Assembly: GCA_030753015.1 (NCBI GenBank)
Contig: JASMDC010000042.1
Span: 1 to 25,331 of the forward strand
Direction of reading: 5' to 3'
Length of the DNA stretch: 25,331 nt
Origin: Candidatus Undinarchaeales archaeon
GTDB lineage: Archaea; SpSt-1190; JASMDC01
This document shows, piece by piece, positions 8,300-17,175 of the stretch. Made by a program: the position numbers and the translations under genes. Numbering within the stretch: the first letter of the stretch is position 1; every line of letters starts with the position of its first letter. The notes below the pieces were generated by a model. That model had not been told where the DNA came from, searched no databases, and saw nothing but the letters and a program-made list of their open reading frames with translations.

Positions 8300-8632
8300 C
8301 TAGAACCCGAAGCCCAGTCCCAGCTCGCCGTCCGAGTCGATGACGAGACCGGGAGCTACCTCGATACCGATCCCCCCGCCATAGGTCATGCCGATACCGG
8401 GACCGTCCCACCCGTCGTCGCCCTCAACGGGCGCTGTGTTGTTGGTGGCGGGAGCCTGGTACTCACCGGGCTCGGCGGTGGCCCCGTAGTAGATGGCTGC
8501 TCCTACCCCGGCGACTGCAAGGCCACCGATACCGATCATGGCCCATTCCATGCCCTCAAGGTCGTTGGTGGTTGAGTAGCCCGCTGCAGCGTCAGCCTGT
8601 GCGTACTCGATGGTGTCGAGCTCGATGTCCAT
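8300..8632 (-). CDS. Acidic Gly-rich single-TM hypothetical protein, copy 1 (110 aa)
   Basis: Colinear paralogue of 8742..9074. Has its own TATA box (TTATAAAC, 8672-8665). Alternative start is GTG 8656. Confidence 0.8.
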   Translation of the reverse strand: MDIELDTIEYAQADAAAGYSTTNDLEGMEWAMIGIGGLAVAGVGAAIYYGATAEPGEYQAPATNNTAPVEGDDGWDGPGIGMTYGGGIGIEVAPGLVIDSDGELGLGFGF

Positions 8633-8741
8633 GATCGTCACTGAGGCTCTGGGCACGACCGCCGGTTTATAACTCTTACTGAGAGCGTTGCCGTCTCTAC
8701 TGGGAAAGAAGTACCCCGTCCCGGAATCCTTTCCCCTTTTC

Positions 8742-9074
8742 CTAGAAGCCGAAGCCCAGGCCCAGTTCACCGTCGAAGGTGTAGACTACACCGGGAGCGA
8801 TCTCGAGGCCAAGGTCACCGCCGTAGCTCATACCCAGGCCGATACCGTCCGAACCGCTGTCCTGGTACCCCGCACCGGTGTCGTTCGTGACAGGCGCTTG
8901 ATACTCGCCGGGCTCGGCGGTGGCCGCACAGTAGATGGCAGCACCGATACCGGCCGTCGCCAACGCCCCTACGCCTATCATCGCCCAGTCGGCGCCGTCC
9001 AGGTCGTCAGCTGTGGAATAGTCGGAGGTCGCCTCGGCATGAGCGTACTCGATAGTGTCAAGTGCCATGTCCAT
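8742..9074 (-). CDS. Acidic Gly-rich single-TM hypothetical protein, copy 2 (110 aa)
   Basis: 72/110 residues identical to copy 1 by manual ungapped alignment. TATA TTTATAAG at 9115-9108. Alternative starts at 9080 and 9098. Confidence 0.8.
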   Translation of the reverse strand: MDMALDTIEYAHAEATSDYSTADDLDGADWAMIGVGALATAGIGAAIYCAATAEPGEYQAPVTNDTGAGYQDSGSDGIGLGMSYGGDLGLEIAPGVVYTFDGELGLGFGF

Positions 9075-9253
9075 TATCATCAGAGGGGCGGTTGGCATCC
9101 TCGCAATCTTATAAATGTTACGCGTATCGTTGTTAAGTAGTAATATTGTTACGCTATACGTAGTGAAACGAGCAATAACTAGGATACATCGTCATTCGCG
9201 CGTAAATATATGAATAGGACTGGTAGGATAGATCCTGTGCCGGACGTACCGGC

Positions 9254-9778
9254 CTACTCGCTCTCTGTTATCTCCCTGAGCTTATCGAGGAACGCCTTCA
9301 TGAAGGAGGGAAGGTCCTCGGCGAACCTGGAAGTGACGAGGTTACCGTCAACTACGACGTCCTTGTCGACGATCTTGACACCGGCCTGTTCCAGCTCGTC
9401 GGTGATGGAAAGGAAGCAGGTCATGGTCTTGCCCGAGAGATCGAAGGCCTCCTTGAGCACGAGCCCGCCGTGGCAGATCGCGCCGATGAGCTTGCCCTTG
9501 GTGCACATGTCCCGGACGAAGGCGACGGTCTCAGGATCCCTGCGCAGCTGGTCGGGCGAGTACCCGCCGGGGATGATAAGAGCGTCATAGTCGTCCGCCT
9601 TAACTTCGGCCGCACTGAACCCACTTACGACGGGGTATCCGTGCTTGCCCTCGTAGGACGTGCCCTTCTTCGGGCCGATGATGTCGACGTCGTAGCCCTC
9701 CTCTCGGAGACGGAACTTCGGATAGTGAAGCTCGAGCTCGTCGTAGAGATCTTCGGCGAGGATGGCGATACGGACCAT
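9254..9778 (-). CDS. pfpI: PfpI/DJ-1 family protein (type 1 glutamine amidotransferase-like protease/deglycase)
   Basis: ELELHYP, YDALIIPGG, GAICHG nucleophile elbow and VVVDGNLVTSR motifs. Confidence 0.92.
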   Translation of the reverse strand: MVRIAILAEDLYDELELHYPKFRLREEGYDVDIIGPKKGTSYEGKHGYPVVSGFSAAEVKADDYDALIIPGGYSPDQLRRDPETVAFVRDMCTKGKLIGAICHGGLVLKEAFDLSGKTMTCFLSITDELEQAGVKIVDKDVVVDGNLVTSRFAEDLPSFMKAFLDKLREITESE

Positions 9779-9827
9779 GATGCGTTCCCTAGCGGGGGTG
9801 ACCCATTAAATAACTACCGTCGAGGGG

Positions 9828-10439
9828 CTAAATCCAATCCACCACGTCGGAGAGCGGACGCCGCGGACGTGGCCGGGGCATGCGGGCCGGGTGGCCCAAC
9901 GTGATGATGCCGGCCACCTCCCAGTTGTCCTCGGGTCGGCCCAACTCCTGCCTGATCCGTTGCTCGACGGCAGCGTCGCCCGTGGCCACCATCGTCCAGC
10001 AGGTACCGAGACCCAGGCCGTGGGCAGCAAGGGAAATGTTCTCGATGGCAGCGCTGGCCGAGTGGACCGAGTGGCTCTTACTGGTGTCCGCGAGGACCAC
10101 GATGACGACCGGAGCCCTGCCGATGAAGGTGAAGAACATCCCTGTGGTCATGTCCTCGATGAGCGCTTTGCGCTTCTCCTCAGGCATACCGGCGAAGCGC
10201 TCTTCGAGTGCGTGACGCTGGGGCGAGAATAACGCCTTCGCACCCCACTGAGAGTAACGACCGATGCGTTCGATGATATCTCTGTCCTGGACCACGACAA
10301 AGCGCCAGGCCTGCTGGTTCTCGGAATTGGGGGCACGCACGCCAGCCTCCAGGATCTTTGTGATGTCGTCCCTGTCCACGGGATCATCGCTGTAACTGCG
10401 GACACTGACCCGGCTGGTGATCGCGTCGAAGAGGTCCAT
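9828..10439 (-). CDS. Nitroreductase-family flavoprotein
   Basis: MDLFDAITSRVSVRSY, APNSENQQAWRFVVV and AIENISLAAHGLGLGTCW motifs. The ORF-track extension to 11249 is an out-of-frame shadow of the upstream gene. Confidence 0.92.
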   Translation of the reverse strand: MDLFDAITSRVSVRSYSDDPVDRDDITKILEAGVRAPNSENQQAWRFVVVQDRDIIERIGRYSQWGAKALFSPQRHALEERFAGMPEEKRKALIEDMTTGMFFTFIGRAPVVIVVLADTSKSHSVHSASAAIENISLAAHGLGLGTCWTMVATGDAAVEQRIRQELGRPEDNWEVAGIITLGHPARMPRPRPRRPLSDVVDWI

Positions 10440-10465
10440 GGGATTATTGAGAGGAGCAAGCTTCT

Positions 10466-12817
10466 TTAATCGTTCGCCTCGGCGTCCTTTGTCGCCAGTG
10501 CCACCTTCTCGGCGGTGACGGGCATGGCGGTGATGCGCACTCCCAGCGCGTCCTCCACGGCATTGGCCACGAGCGGTGCGACCGGGATCATGGGGTGCTC
10601 GCCGACGCCACGCGCACCGAACGGCCCGTCGGGCTGAGCGACCTCCACTATGATGGGGACGGTCTCGTCGGGGATGTCCATGGCGGTGGGGATCTTGTAG
10701 TCGGTGAAGTTCGGGTTGAGAATGCGCCCTTTCTCGTCGAACCGCATGTCCTCGTACAGCACCGTGGCGAGCCCCTGTACGATGCCGCCCACGATCTGGC
10801 CCTTGACCAGATCGGGATTGATCGCACGTCCCACATCGATGGCCTCGGCGACCTTCCTCACCTTCATGCGACCCGTTTCGCGGTCGACCTCGAGCACGAT
10901 GCCTGCTGCGCCAACGGTGTAGTGGACGTTGGGCTTGCCGCCCTGGCTGGTCTCCGGGTCGGAGAGCGCTGAGGAGAACTCGGGCATGAACATGCCACGT
11001 CCCATGATGGGCCCGCCCATGAACGTGCCGTCCTTGTTCATGATACCTTCGATGACAAAGTCCTTCAATGGGAGGTCGAAGTCGGGATCTGTCGTGGAGC
11101 GGACCGCCTCGTCCTCGAGGTAGAGTGTCTTTGCCTGGTAGTCGTGGGCCCGTGCAACGAGCTCGAAGATCTGCGTGCGCGCGTCCTCGGCCGCCAGCTT
11201 GACGGCGTTTCCGCACGACCAGGTGACATGCGACGCCACGGTCTGCCATTCGTACGGATTGCGGTCGGTGTCCGGTGTCTCCACCCTGATCTTCGAGGGC
11301 GGTACGGACAGTACTTCTGCAGCGATCTGGGCCATGGCCGTCATGAACCCCTGGCCGATCTCCATCCCCGAGACGATGACGTTTATGCTCGCGTCCTCGT
11401 TGAACTTGAGGTACGCTCCCGACGATGCATTAGGCGGCATGGCCGGTGCCTTCCAGAAGCAGGCCACGCCCTTGCCGATGGCCTTCGCCGGATCATCGCT
11501 GGCCTCCGCTACGCCCCAGTCGATGGCCTCTGCCACGCGGCCGATGCACTGGTGCAGGCCGGACGGGTTCATGGGGGCACCGTAGGCGAGCGTGTCGCCT
11601 TCCTTAATGGCGTTCTTGCGCCGGAACGCCACCGGATCGATCCCGAGCTTCCGGGCGATGCGGGTCATGTGCGACTCGAGCCCGAAGGTGAACTCCGAGT
11701 ATCCGAAGCCCCGATAGGCACCCGAGGGCGGGAGGTTGGTGTAGCAGCACACCGAGTCGATCCACACGTTGTCTATGCGGTACGGGCCAGTGGCCGAGAG
11801 GCCCACGGCGTTGACGATATTGGCGCCGTACTCTACGTACGCGCCTGCATCCCACCGAAGGACATGCTTGAGCGCGGTGATTGTGCCGTCCTTCTTGACG
11901 CCCACCTTCAGCCGTGCCACCACGGACTGGCGCTGGTAGGTGTTGTAGAACTCCTGCTCCCTGCTCCAGTTGATCTTCACCGGGTGACCGCGCACCATGA
12001 CCGCCAGGGCGGCCGCGAAGATCTCCATGGTCACGCCGGCCTTGCCGCCGAACCCGCCGCCCACGAACGGTGCGATGACACGCACGTCCTTGTGGCTGAT
12101 CCCCAGGGGCGCGAGGGCCTCGGCGAACCCGTGGCGCTGTGTGAAGGGTGACTGTGACGAGGCCCACACGGTGAGGCGTCCGGCATGGTCGAAGAGCGCA
12201 GTCGCCCCGTGGTACTCGATCGCGCAGTGCACGTACCTAGGCACGCGGTAGGTGTCCTCGAACACCAGGTCCGCTTCCGCGAAACCCTTCTCCACGTCGC
12301 CCTTGCGCGTCTTGCGCCAGTGGGCGATGTTCGTGTCCCCCTGAGGGAAGAACCACGGCACGTGGGGGTAGTCGCCCAGGTCGGGATGGACTAGCACGCA
12401 GCCCTCGGCAAGCGCATCGTCCGGATCGAACACCGGTGTCATGGGCTCGTACTCGACCTTCACGAGGGTTGCAGCCCGCTTCGCGGTCCTCGCATCACGA
12501 GCGATGACAGCGGCGACCTGCTCGCCGACGAACCGTACCTTGTCCGTGGGGAAAATGAAACGGTCCTTCATATAGAGGCCGTACTTGTAAGGGAGGTCCT
12601 TTCCGGTGACGACTCTTACGACACCGGGCACCTTCTGGGCCTCGGACGTATCGATGGAGAGGATGCGCGCATGGGCGTGCGGGCTCTCCACAAGCACCCC
12701 GTGGAGGAGGTCAGGGCCGAACTGTAGGTCGTCGATGTACTTGGTGGCGCCGGTGACCTTCTCGAGGCCGTCCACGCGGGTCACGGGCTTACCTACGAAC
12801 CGCTCGCTCGCCATCAA
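10466..12817 (-). CDS. Xanthine dehydrogenase/aldehyde oxidoreductase-family molybdopterin-binding (large) subunit
   Basis: KVTGATKYIDD, SPHAHARI, VGGGFGGK, AYRGFG, EIGQG, GQIVGGIVQG and GPFGARGVGE motifs. Confidence 0.95.
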   Translation of the reverse strand: MMASERFVGKPVTRVDGLEKVTGATKYIDDLQFGPDLLHGVLVESPHAHARILSIDTSEAQKVPGVVRVVTGKDLPYKYGLYMKDRFIFPTDKVRFVGEQVAAVIARDARTAKRAATLVKVEYEPMTPVFDPDDALAEGCVLVHPDLGDYPHVPWFFPQGDTNIAHWRKTRKGDVEKGFAEADLVFEDTYRVPRYVHCAIEYHGATALFDHAGRLTVWASSQSPFTQRHGFAEALAPLGISHKDVRVIAPFVGGGFGGKAGVTMEIFAAALAVMVRGHPVKINWSREQEFYNTYQRQSVVARLKVGVKKDGTITALKHVLRWDAGAYVEYGANIVNAVGLSATGPYRIDNVWIDSVCCYTNLPPSGAYRGFGYSEFTFGLESHMTRIARKLGIDPVAFRRKNAIKEGDTLAYGAPMNPSGLHQCIGRVAEAIDWGVAEASDDPAKAIGKGVACFWKAPAMPPNASSGAYLKFNEDASINVIVSGMEIGQGFMTAMAQIAAEVLSVPPSKIRVETPDTDRNPYEWQTVASHVTWSCGNAVKLAAEDARTQIFELVARAHDYQAKTLYLEDEAVRSTTDPDFDLPLKDFVIEGIMNKDGTFMGGPIMGRGMFMPEFSSALSDPETSQGGKPNVHYTVGAAGIVLEVDRETGRMKVRKVAEAIDVGRAINPDLVKGQIVGGIVQGLATVLYEDMRFDEKGRILNPNFTDYKIPTAMDIPDETVPIIVEVAQPDGPFGARGVGEHPMIPVAPLVANAVEDALGVRITAMPVTAEKVALATKDAEAND

Positions 12818-13278
12818 CGCTCACCTCCGATCGTCTCGAGCACAGCGTCTATGATCGGCGCGTACCCGGTGCACCGGCAGAGGTTGCCCGTCAGGGCCTC
12901 CTGCACGTCCTCCCTCGAGGGGTTAGGGTTCCTTTCCAGGAGGTCGGTGACCGTGAGGATGATGCCCGGTGCGCAGAAACCGCACTGGAACGCGTTGCGG
13001 TCCAGGAATGCCTGCTGGAGGGGCGTGAGACCGTCCCGGTTGAGACCTTCGAGGGTGGTGACCTCGTGGCCTGCCGCCTCCACGGCGAGCACCAGACAGC
13101 TGCGGACGCTCCTGCCGTCCAGGAGTACGGTACAGGCGCCGCAGTCCCCGCGGTCGCACCCGCACTTGGGGCTGGTGATGCCCAGCCGGTCACGCAGCAC
13201 CTCGAGCAATGTCTCGTTGGGCTCGACGGGGACCATACGCTCCTCGCCGTTCACCGTGATCGTCAGTTCCTGCACCAT
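12814..13278 (-). CDS. Xanthine dehydrogenase-family 2Fe-2S (small) subunit
   Basis: GCDRGDCGAC...SC, QCGFC and NLCRCTGY motifs. ATGA-type overlap with the large subunit gene. Confidence 0.96.
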   Translation of the reverse strand: MVQELTITVNGEERMVPVEPNETLLEVLRDRLGITSPKCGCDRGDCGACTVLLDGRSVRSCLVLAVEAAGHEVTTLEGLNRDGLTPLQQAFLDRNAFQCGFCAPGIILTVTDLLERNPNPSREDVQEALTGNLCRCTGYAPIIDAVLETIGGER

Positions 13279-14172
13279 TCAGACCACCCGCTCCCCGTAC
13301 CCGGGCCCATCGCCTGCCAGCCGGCTCGCCGCCGTCCGCAGCGCTCGTGTCAGCAGCACACCCGCCATGTGCGCGCGGTACTCCTTCGACGCTCTGATGT
13401 CGGTGATGGGGGCGATCTCGTCGGGCACCAGCGTCACGGCCTCTTCGATGATGTCGGTGTCCAGCGGACGGCCGTTGAGGACCGCCTCGATATCGCGTGC
13501 CCTGGTGGCCACCGGCCCTACGGCGCAGAACGCCACGCGGTACCGGTCACCCTCGAGAGCGAGGGCGGCGGCTCCCACCTGTGCCAGGTCCTCGCCCGCA
13601 TAACGCCCGGCGCGAACGTAGCATCCTGCATGAGCGTCCCTTGGCAAAGGTACGGCGACACCGGTGACGAGCTCTCCCGCTCCCAGGGCGGTCCGCTTGG
13701 GCCCCGTGAACCATTCCGTGATAGGGATCCGTCGATGCCCGTCGGGTCCGCGCACGAGCACATCGGCCTCGTGGACGAGGAGGGCCGGCCCGCTGTCGAG
13801 CGAGGGCACGGCCGAGCAGATGTTCCCGACGAGGGTCGCACGGTTGCGCACCCCCATGGATGCCACGTTCGTGGCCGCCTCCCAGAGCAGCGGTAGCTTC
13901 TCGCGCACGAGCTCGGACTCTATGATGTCAGTGAATGTGACGAGCGCCCCGATCAGGAGCGCATCATCAGATGCCTCGAGCCGTTCCAGTTCCTTGATAC
14001 CCTTGAGGTCGACGACCGCTCCGGGTTCGTCCCTACCGTCCTTGAGACGGACTACCAGGTCCGTACCACCTGCCAATGGCCGTGCGCCCTCACCATAGCG
14101 CTCCATGAGCATGAGCGCCTCGTCGAGAGAAGTAGGTCTATGATACTCGAACCCGGCTGTGATCATCGTCAC
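13279..14172 (-). CDS. Xanthine dehydrogenase-family FAD-binding (medium) subunit
   Basis: FEYHRPTSLDEA, LAGGTDL, RNRATLVGN and DIRASKEYR motifs. Start is GTG 14172 or ATG 14166. Confidence 0.95.
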   Translation of the reverse strand: MTMITAGFEYHRPTSLDEALMLMERYGEGARPLAGGTDLVVRLKDGRDEPGAVVDLKGIKELERLEASDDALLIGALVTFTDIIESELVREKLPLLWEAATNVASMGVRNRATLVGNICSAVPSLDSGPALLVHEADVLVRGPDGHRRIPITEWFTGPKRTALGAGELVTGVAVPLPRDAHAGCYVRAGRYAGEDLAQVGAAALALEGDRYRVAFCAVGPVATRARDIEAVLNGRPLDTDIIEEAVTLVPDEIAPITDIRASKEYRAHMAGVLLTRALRTAASRLAGDGPGYGERVV

Positions 14173-14177
14173 TACAC

Positions 14178-14999
14178 CTATTCCTCAGGGGCTCCGAAGG
14201 CGACCATGCGGCAGAGCGAGCTCTCGAGCTCCATACCCTTGAGCGGCATGCAACCGATCCAGCATCGCTTGTTGGACAGCTTCTCGATGTCGCCGCCCAA
14301 GTTCTCCGCGTGGACGAGCTTCAGGGGGAAGAGCTTGAGGTGCATTACCTGATAGTACTCCTCCAGGGGGAACATTACGTCCCATTCCTTCCCGTAGTTC
14401 TTCTTGAGCTTGGCCTCGGCCTCCGCAAAGAGCTTGGGATGCCAGTCGCGGATGATCGTGTTCATGGGGTGGTCGGCGGACCCGCAGTCAACGCCGATCC
14501 ACTTGAGCTTCATCTTGAGTGCCCACTTGTGGAACTCCGGGTTCGGACCGGGATGCTTGACGAAGTAGCGGACCTCGTCGCTCTCGGGCTCGTACCAGGC
14601 GTACCGGTGGTAACCGGTATTGATGACCAGGATGTCGCCCTTGCGGATATCGGCTCGCTCGGTGAGCATCTCGGGTGAGTAGAGGTCGTAGTCCCCCACT
14701 TCCCCGGAGATGTCGACGACGACGCCGGGACCCACCCACTCCTCCAGAGGGACCTGGCCGATGGTCCGGCCGCTGCCGTGGAAGTGGATCTCCCCGTCCA
14801 TGTGGGTGCCCACGTGGTTGGATGTCTTGATGATCTGGCCGTTGGCGCCCTGCCCCATATGGGCACCGGCGATGCGCTTGAAGTACTGGACCTGTAGCGG
14901 CATGTAGCTGGGCCACGGTGGCGTGTGCACGCTCAGCGGCTGGGTAAGGTCGTACATCTTCACTTTGCTCATGAACTCTAGGAACTCGTTCGCGTCCAT
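14178..14999 (-). CDS. Cyclase-family metal-dependent hydrolase (kynurenine formamidase/isatin hydrolase-like)
   Basis: YDLTQPL, HVGTHMD (HxGTHxD), GVDCGSAD and H...ENL motifs. Confidence 0.9.
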   Translation of the reverse strand: MDANEFLEFMSKVKMYDLTQPLSVHTPPWPSYMPLQVQYFKRIAGAHMGQGANGQIIKTSNHVGTHMDGEIHFHGSGRTIGQVPLEEWVGPGVVVDISGEVGDYDLYSPEMLTERADIRKGDILVINTGYHRYAWYEPESDEVRYFVKHPGPNPEFHKWALKMKLKWIGVDCGSADHPMNTIIRDWHPKLFAEAEAKLKKNYGKEWDVMFPLEEYYQVMHLKLFPLKLVHAENLGGDIEKLSNKRCWIGCMPLKGMELESSLCRMVAFGAPEE

Positions 15000-15156
15000 C
15001 GATTTTCACCCCGTTCCACAAGTCCCCCTCCCGGATGGCGGTCCGGCGTCAAGGGGACACCGACCACGACCTGCCCAATCAATAAAAGGGCTTCGGTCGG
15101 TGGTCGATGTGCCCGCTGGGGAAAGGTTGATGAACCTTTCTTATAGAGGGTGGCCT

Positions 15157-15795
15157 GTGATCATCCCTCCCGACGAACGCTCATCCCAACCGCTCGAGGG
15201 ACCGGCCGTGCTAACGCATCCCGATATGGAGCGGGCCTGGCGGCATATCGTCGAGGAGTACGAACCACCCCGGCGCGAGTATTGCATCCTCCTCACATGC
15301 TCCATGCGCAGGCCGTATCACGAGAGCCCCTCACATCGGATCTACGACCAGATAATCTTCTCCGTGCTCCCCCGCGAGAAGGTCCATCTCGTCGTGTTCG
15401 GGACCTGCGGTGTGGTGCCCAGGGAGCTGGACGGTGAGTACCCGTTCATGAACTACCGGTTCATGCTGGGGAAGTCCGATCCATCCGTCAAGCGCGCCTT
15501 CGTCCCCCATGAGGCGATGCGGCTCGCAGCCTACCTCGAGCGCAATCGGGACCATTACGAACATATCGTCGCTTATGCTATCGGGGTGTTCCGCGAGGCC
15601 GTCATGCTCGCGAGCGAGATGACGGGTATCCCCATCAAGTTGCTCCCCAACGACGACACGATAACCGCGCTCACGGACCCCTCCCGTCGTTTCCCCGCAG
15701 GCAGTCTCATGGCACAAGAGTACCTGCAGGACCTCGCGGACGCTCTTGCAGATATGGAAGGAGTACCCCGAAAAGAGGCGGTCTTCGAACGCTGA
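15157..15795 (+). CDS. DUF5591-like protein (related to archaeosine-synthase-type domains)
   Basis: ILLTCSMRRPYHESPSH and GVVPRELDGEYPFMNY resemble the LLPCSxxKPYxxSxSH and GxVPRELExxYP motifs. Start uncertain (15130, 15157 or 15226). Confidence 0.7.
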   Translation: MIIPPDERSSQPLEGPAVLTHPDMERAWRHIVEEYEPPRREYCILLTCSMRRPYHESPSHRIYDQIIFSVLPREKVHLVVFGTCGVVPRELDGEYPFMNYRFMLGKSDPSVKRAFVPHEAMRLAAYLERNRDHYEHIVAYAIGVFREAVMLASEMTGIPIKLLPNDDTITALTDPSRRFPAGSLMAQEYLQDLADALADMEGVPRKEAVFER

Positions 15796-15796
15796 C

Positions 15797-16879
15797 CTAG
15801 TGGATGGGTAGGAGGGTGGCGACACCTGCGATAAGGACTGCTTTCTCCACGTCGTACTTGAACCGCTCGTTCACGGCCTCCGTGTAAAGATCCGGTTCAT
15901 AGTCGCCCTTGATCTTCTGCCAGATGCGGCGACCGCAGTTACCCACCATGTCCTGAATGTGCACGTGATGAAGGTCGTCGACGTCCACACGCCCCTCAGT
16001 GTAATCCTCGAGGAAGTTGTTGCCGCTCGTGTGCTCGTACTTGAGAGCTTTGAGGGCGATATCGTTGGATTCAGTGGGGAGGGTGCCGATGTACTTCCCG
16101 GCGGCACGTATGTCGTCGGTCGTGCTCAGCGCCCTGAGAGTGGATGTGGGGCCCACCTTCCGTCCGTCAACAGCCCGCATTGCGTACGCCTCGTCAAGGA
16201 ACCGGACCGTCATGATGGTGGCCATCTCCTTCGATAGCTTTGGTGAGATGCTGATCTTATATGCGGAACCGTCAGTACTGACCCCGAGGGACCCGAACTC
16301 CTTCCAGCCAAGGCTGTCGCTGCTGAACTCCAGGTCAACGTTGTCCAGGAGCTCGAGGTCCTGGTCGTCCCAGTAGTCCGAGCTCTTCATGCGGTCGATG
16401 GCGCTTCTGTACACGTCCGCAGCGTCGTTCTCTCCAAGGTCCTTGTGATGGAACTTGCCCTCGCGATTGTAGAGGTCGATGTTGTGCTTCGTGAATGGGA
16501 TGGGGATATACCCGCCAACGAGCACATCGGTACCAAGGAGCCGTGCCAGCCTGCTCCCCGCGCCCTTCCGCTCCTGGGGCTTGAGTGATTTGAGGTCCAC
16601 GTTACCGATATAGCAGCCGATGGTGTCGGAGTTGGACCCGTCGATCGTGTCCATCTCGTTCTCGCCTATGTGCTCGATGACATAGGTGGTCCCTATTTGG
16701 GCGCTAACCTTGGCACTGTAATGGTACACCGCGTCCATGGCTGAAGCCCCGACCTTGGGCATCTCGTGAAAAAAGTTAGCAGTGGCGTAACCGGCGGCGA
16801 GGCCCACGCCAGCAGCGATCCCGTCCGAGATGTACTCGCGGTTGGGGATCCGCTCCGAGGACACCGTAAGGTATTCCAT
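15797..16879 (-). CDS. Hypothetical protein with hydrophobic N- and C-terminal segments
   Basis: 360-aa ORF with TTTATAA about 27 nt upstream of the ATG. No motif recognised. Confidence 0.75.
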   Translation of the reverse strand: MEYLTVSSERIPNREYISDGIAAGVGLAAGYATANFFHEMPKVGASAMDAVYHYSAKVSAQIGTTYVIEHIGENEMDTIDGSNSDTIGCYIGNVDLKSLKPQERKGAGSRLARLLGTDVLVGGYIPIPFTKHNIDLYNREGKFHHKDLGENDAADVYRSAIDRMKSSDYWDDQDLELLDNVDLEFSSDSLGWKEFGSLGVSTDGSAYKISISPKLSKEMATIMTVRFLDEAYAMRAVDGRKVGPTSTLRALSTTDDIRAAGKYIGTLPTESNDIALKALKYEHTSGNNFLEDYTEGRVDVDDLHHVHIQDMVGNCGRRIWQKIKGDYEPDLYTEAVNERFKYDVEKAVLIAGVATLLPIH

Positions 16880-17175
16880 CCGGTGGCGTTCAGGGCAGTG
16901 GCGGGTTATAAATGTTACCCCGGGGTAGTAACAGAACGTGAAGTGGATCGCGACTAGAACCGTTCGGCATAGTACGAGTGCTGGTCGCTAACGCTGGCGT
17001 TCCAGATCTTGTACGCCATGAGGAGGAAGAAGGGCAGACCACCGATCATAAAGCCCTTGAAGATGTTCCCGCCAGAGATGCCGCGCCAGGCGATCTCATT
17101 CGACACCTCATGATAGCTCATGGTGAGAGTGAATATTGGACTTATTCTTTTATGGATTACCTCTCAATCCACCGA

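Noticed and set aside
10440-11249. Apparent 473-aa nitroreductase fusion in the ORF track
   Set aside because: The N-terminal 270 aa are an Arg/Gly-rich alternative-frame shadow of the Mo-subunit gene. Nitroreductase similarity begins at ATG 10439.
10466-14172. Aerobic CO dehydrogenase coxMSL
   Set aside because: Gene order fits, but the active-site loop is AYRGFG rather than AYRCSFR and no cox accessory genes are present.
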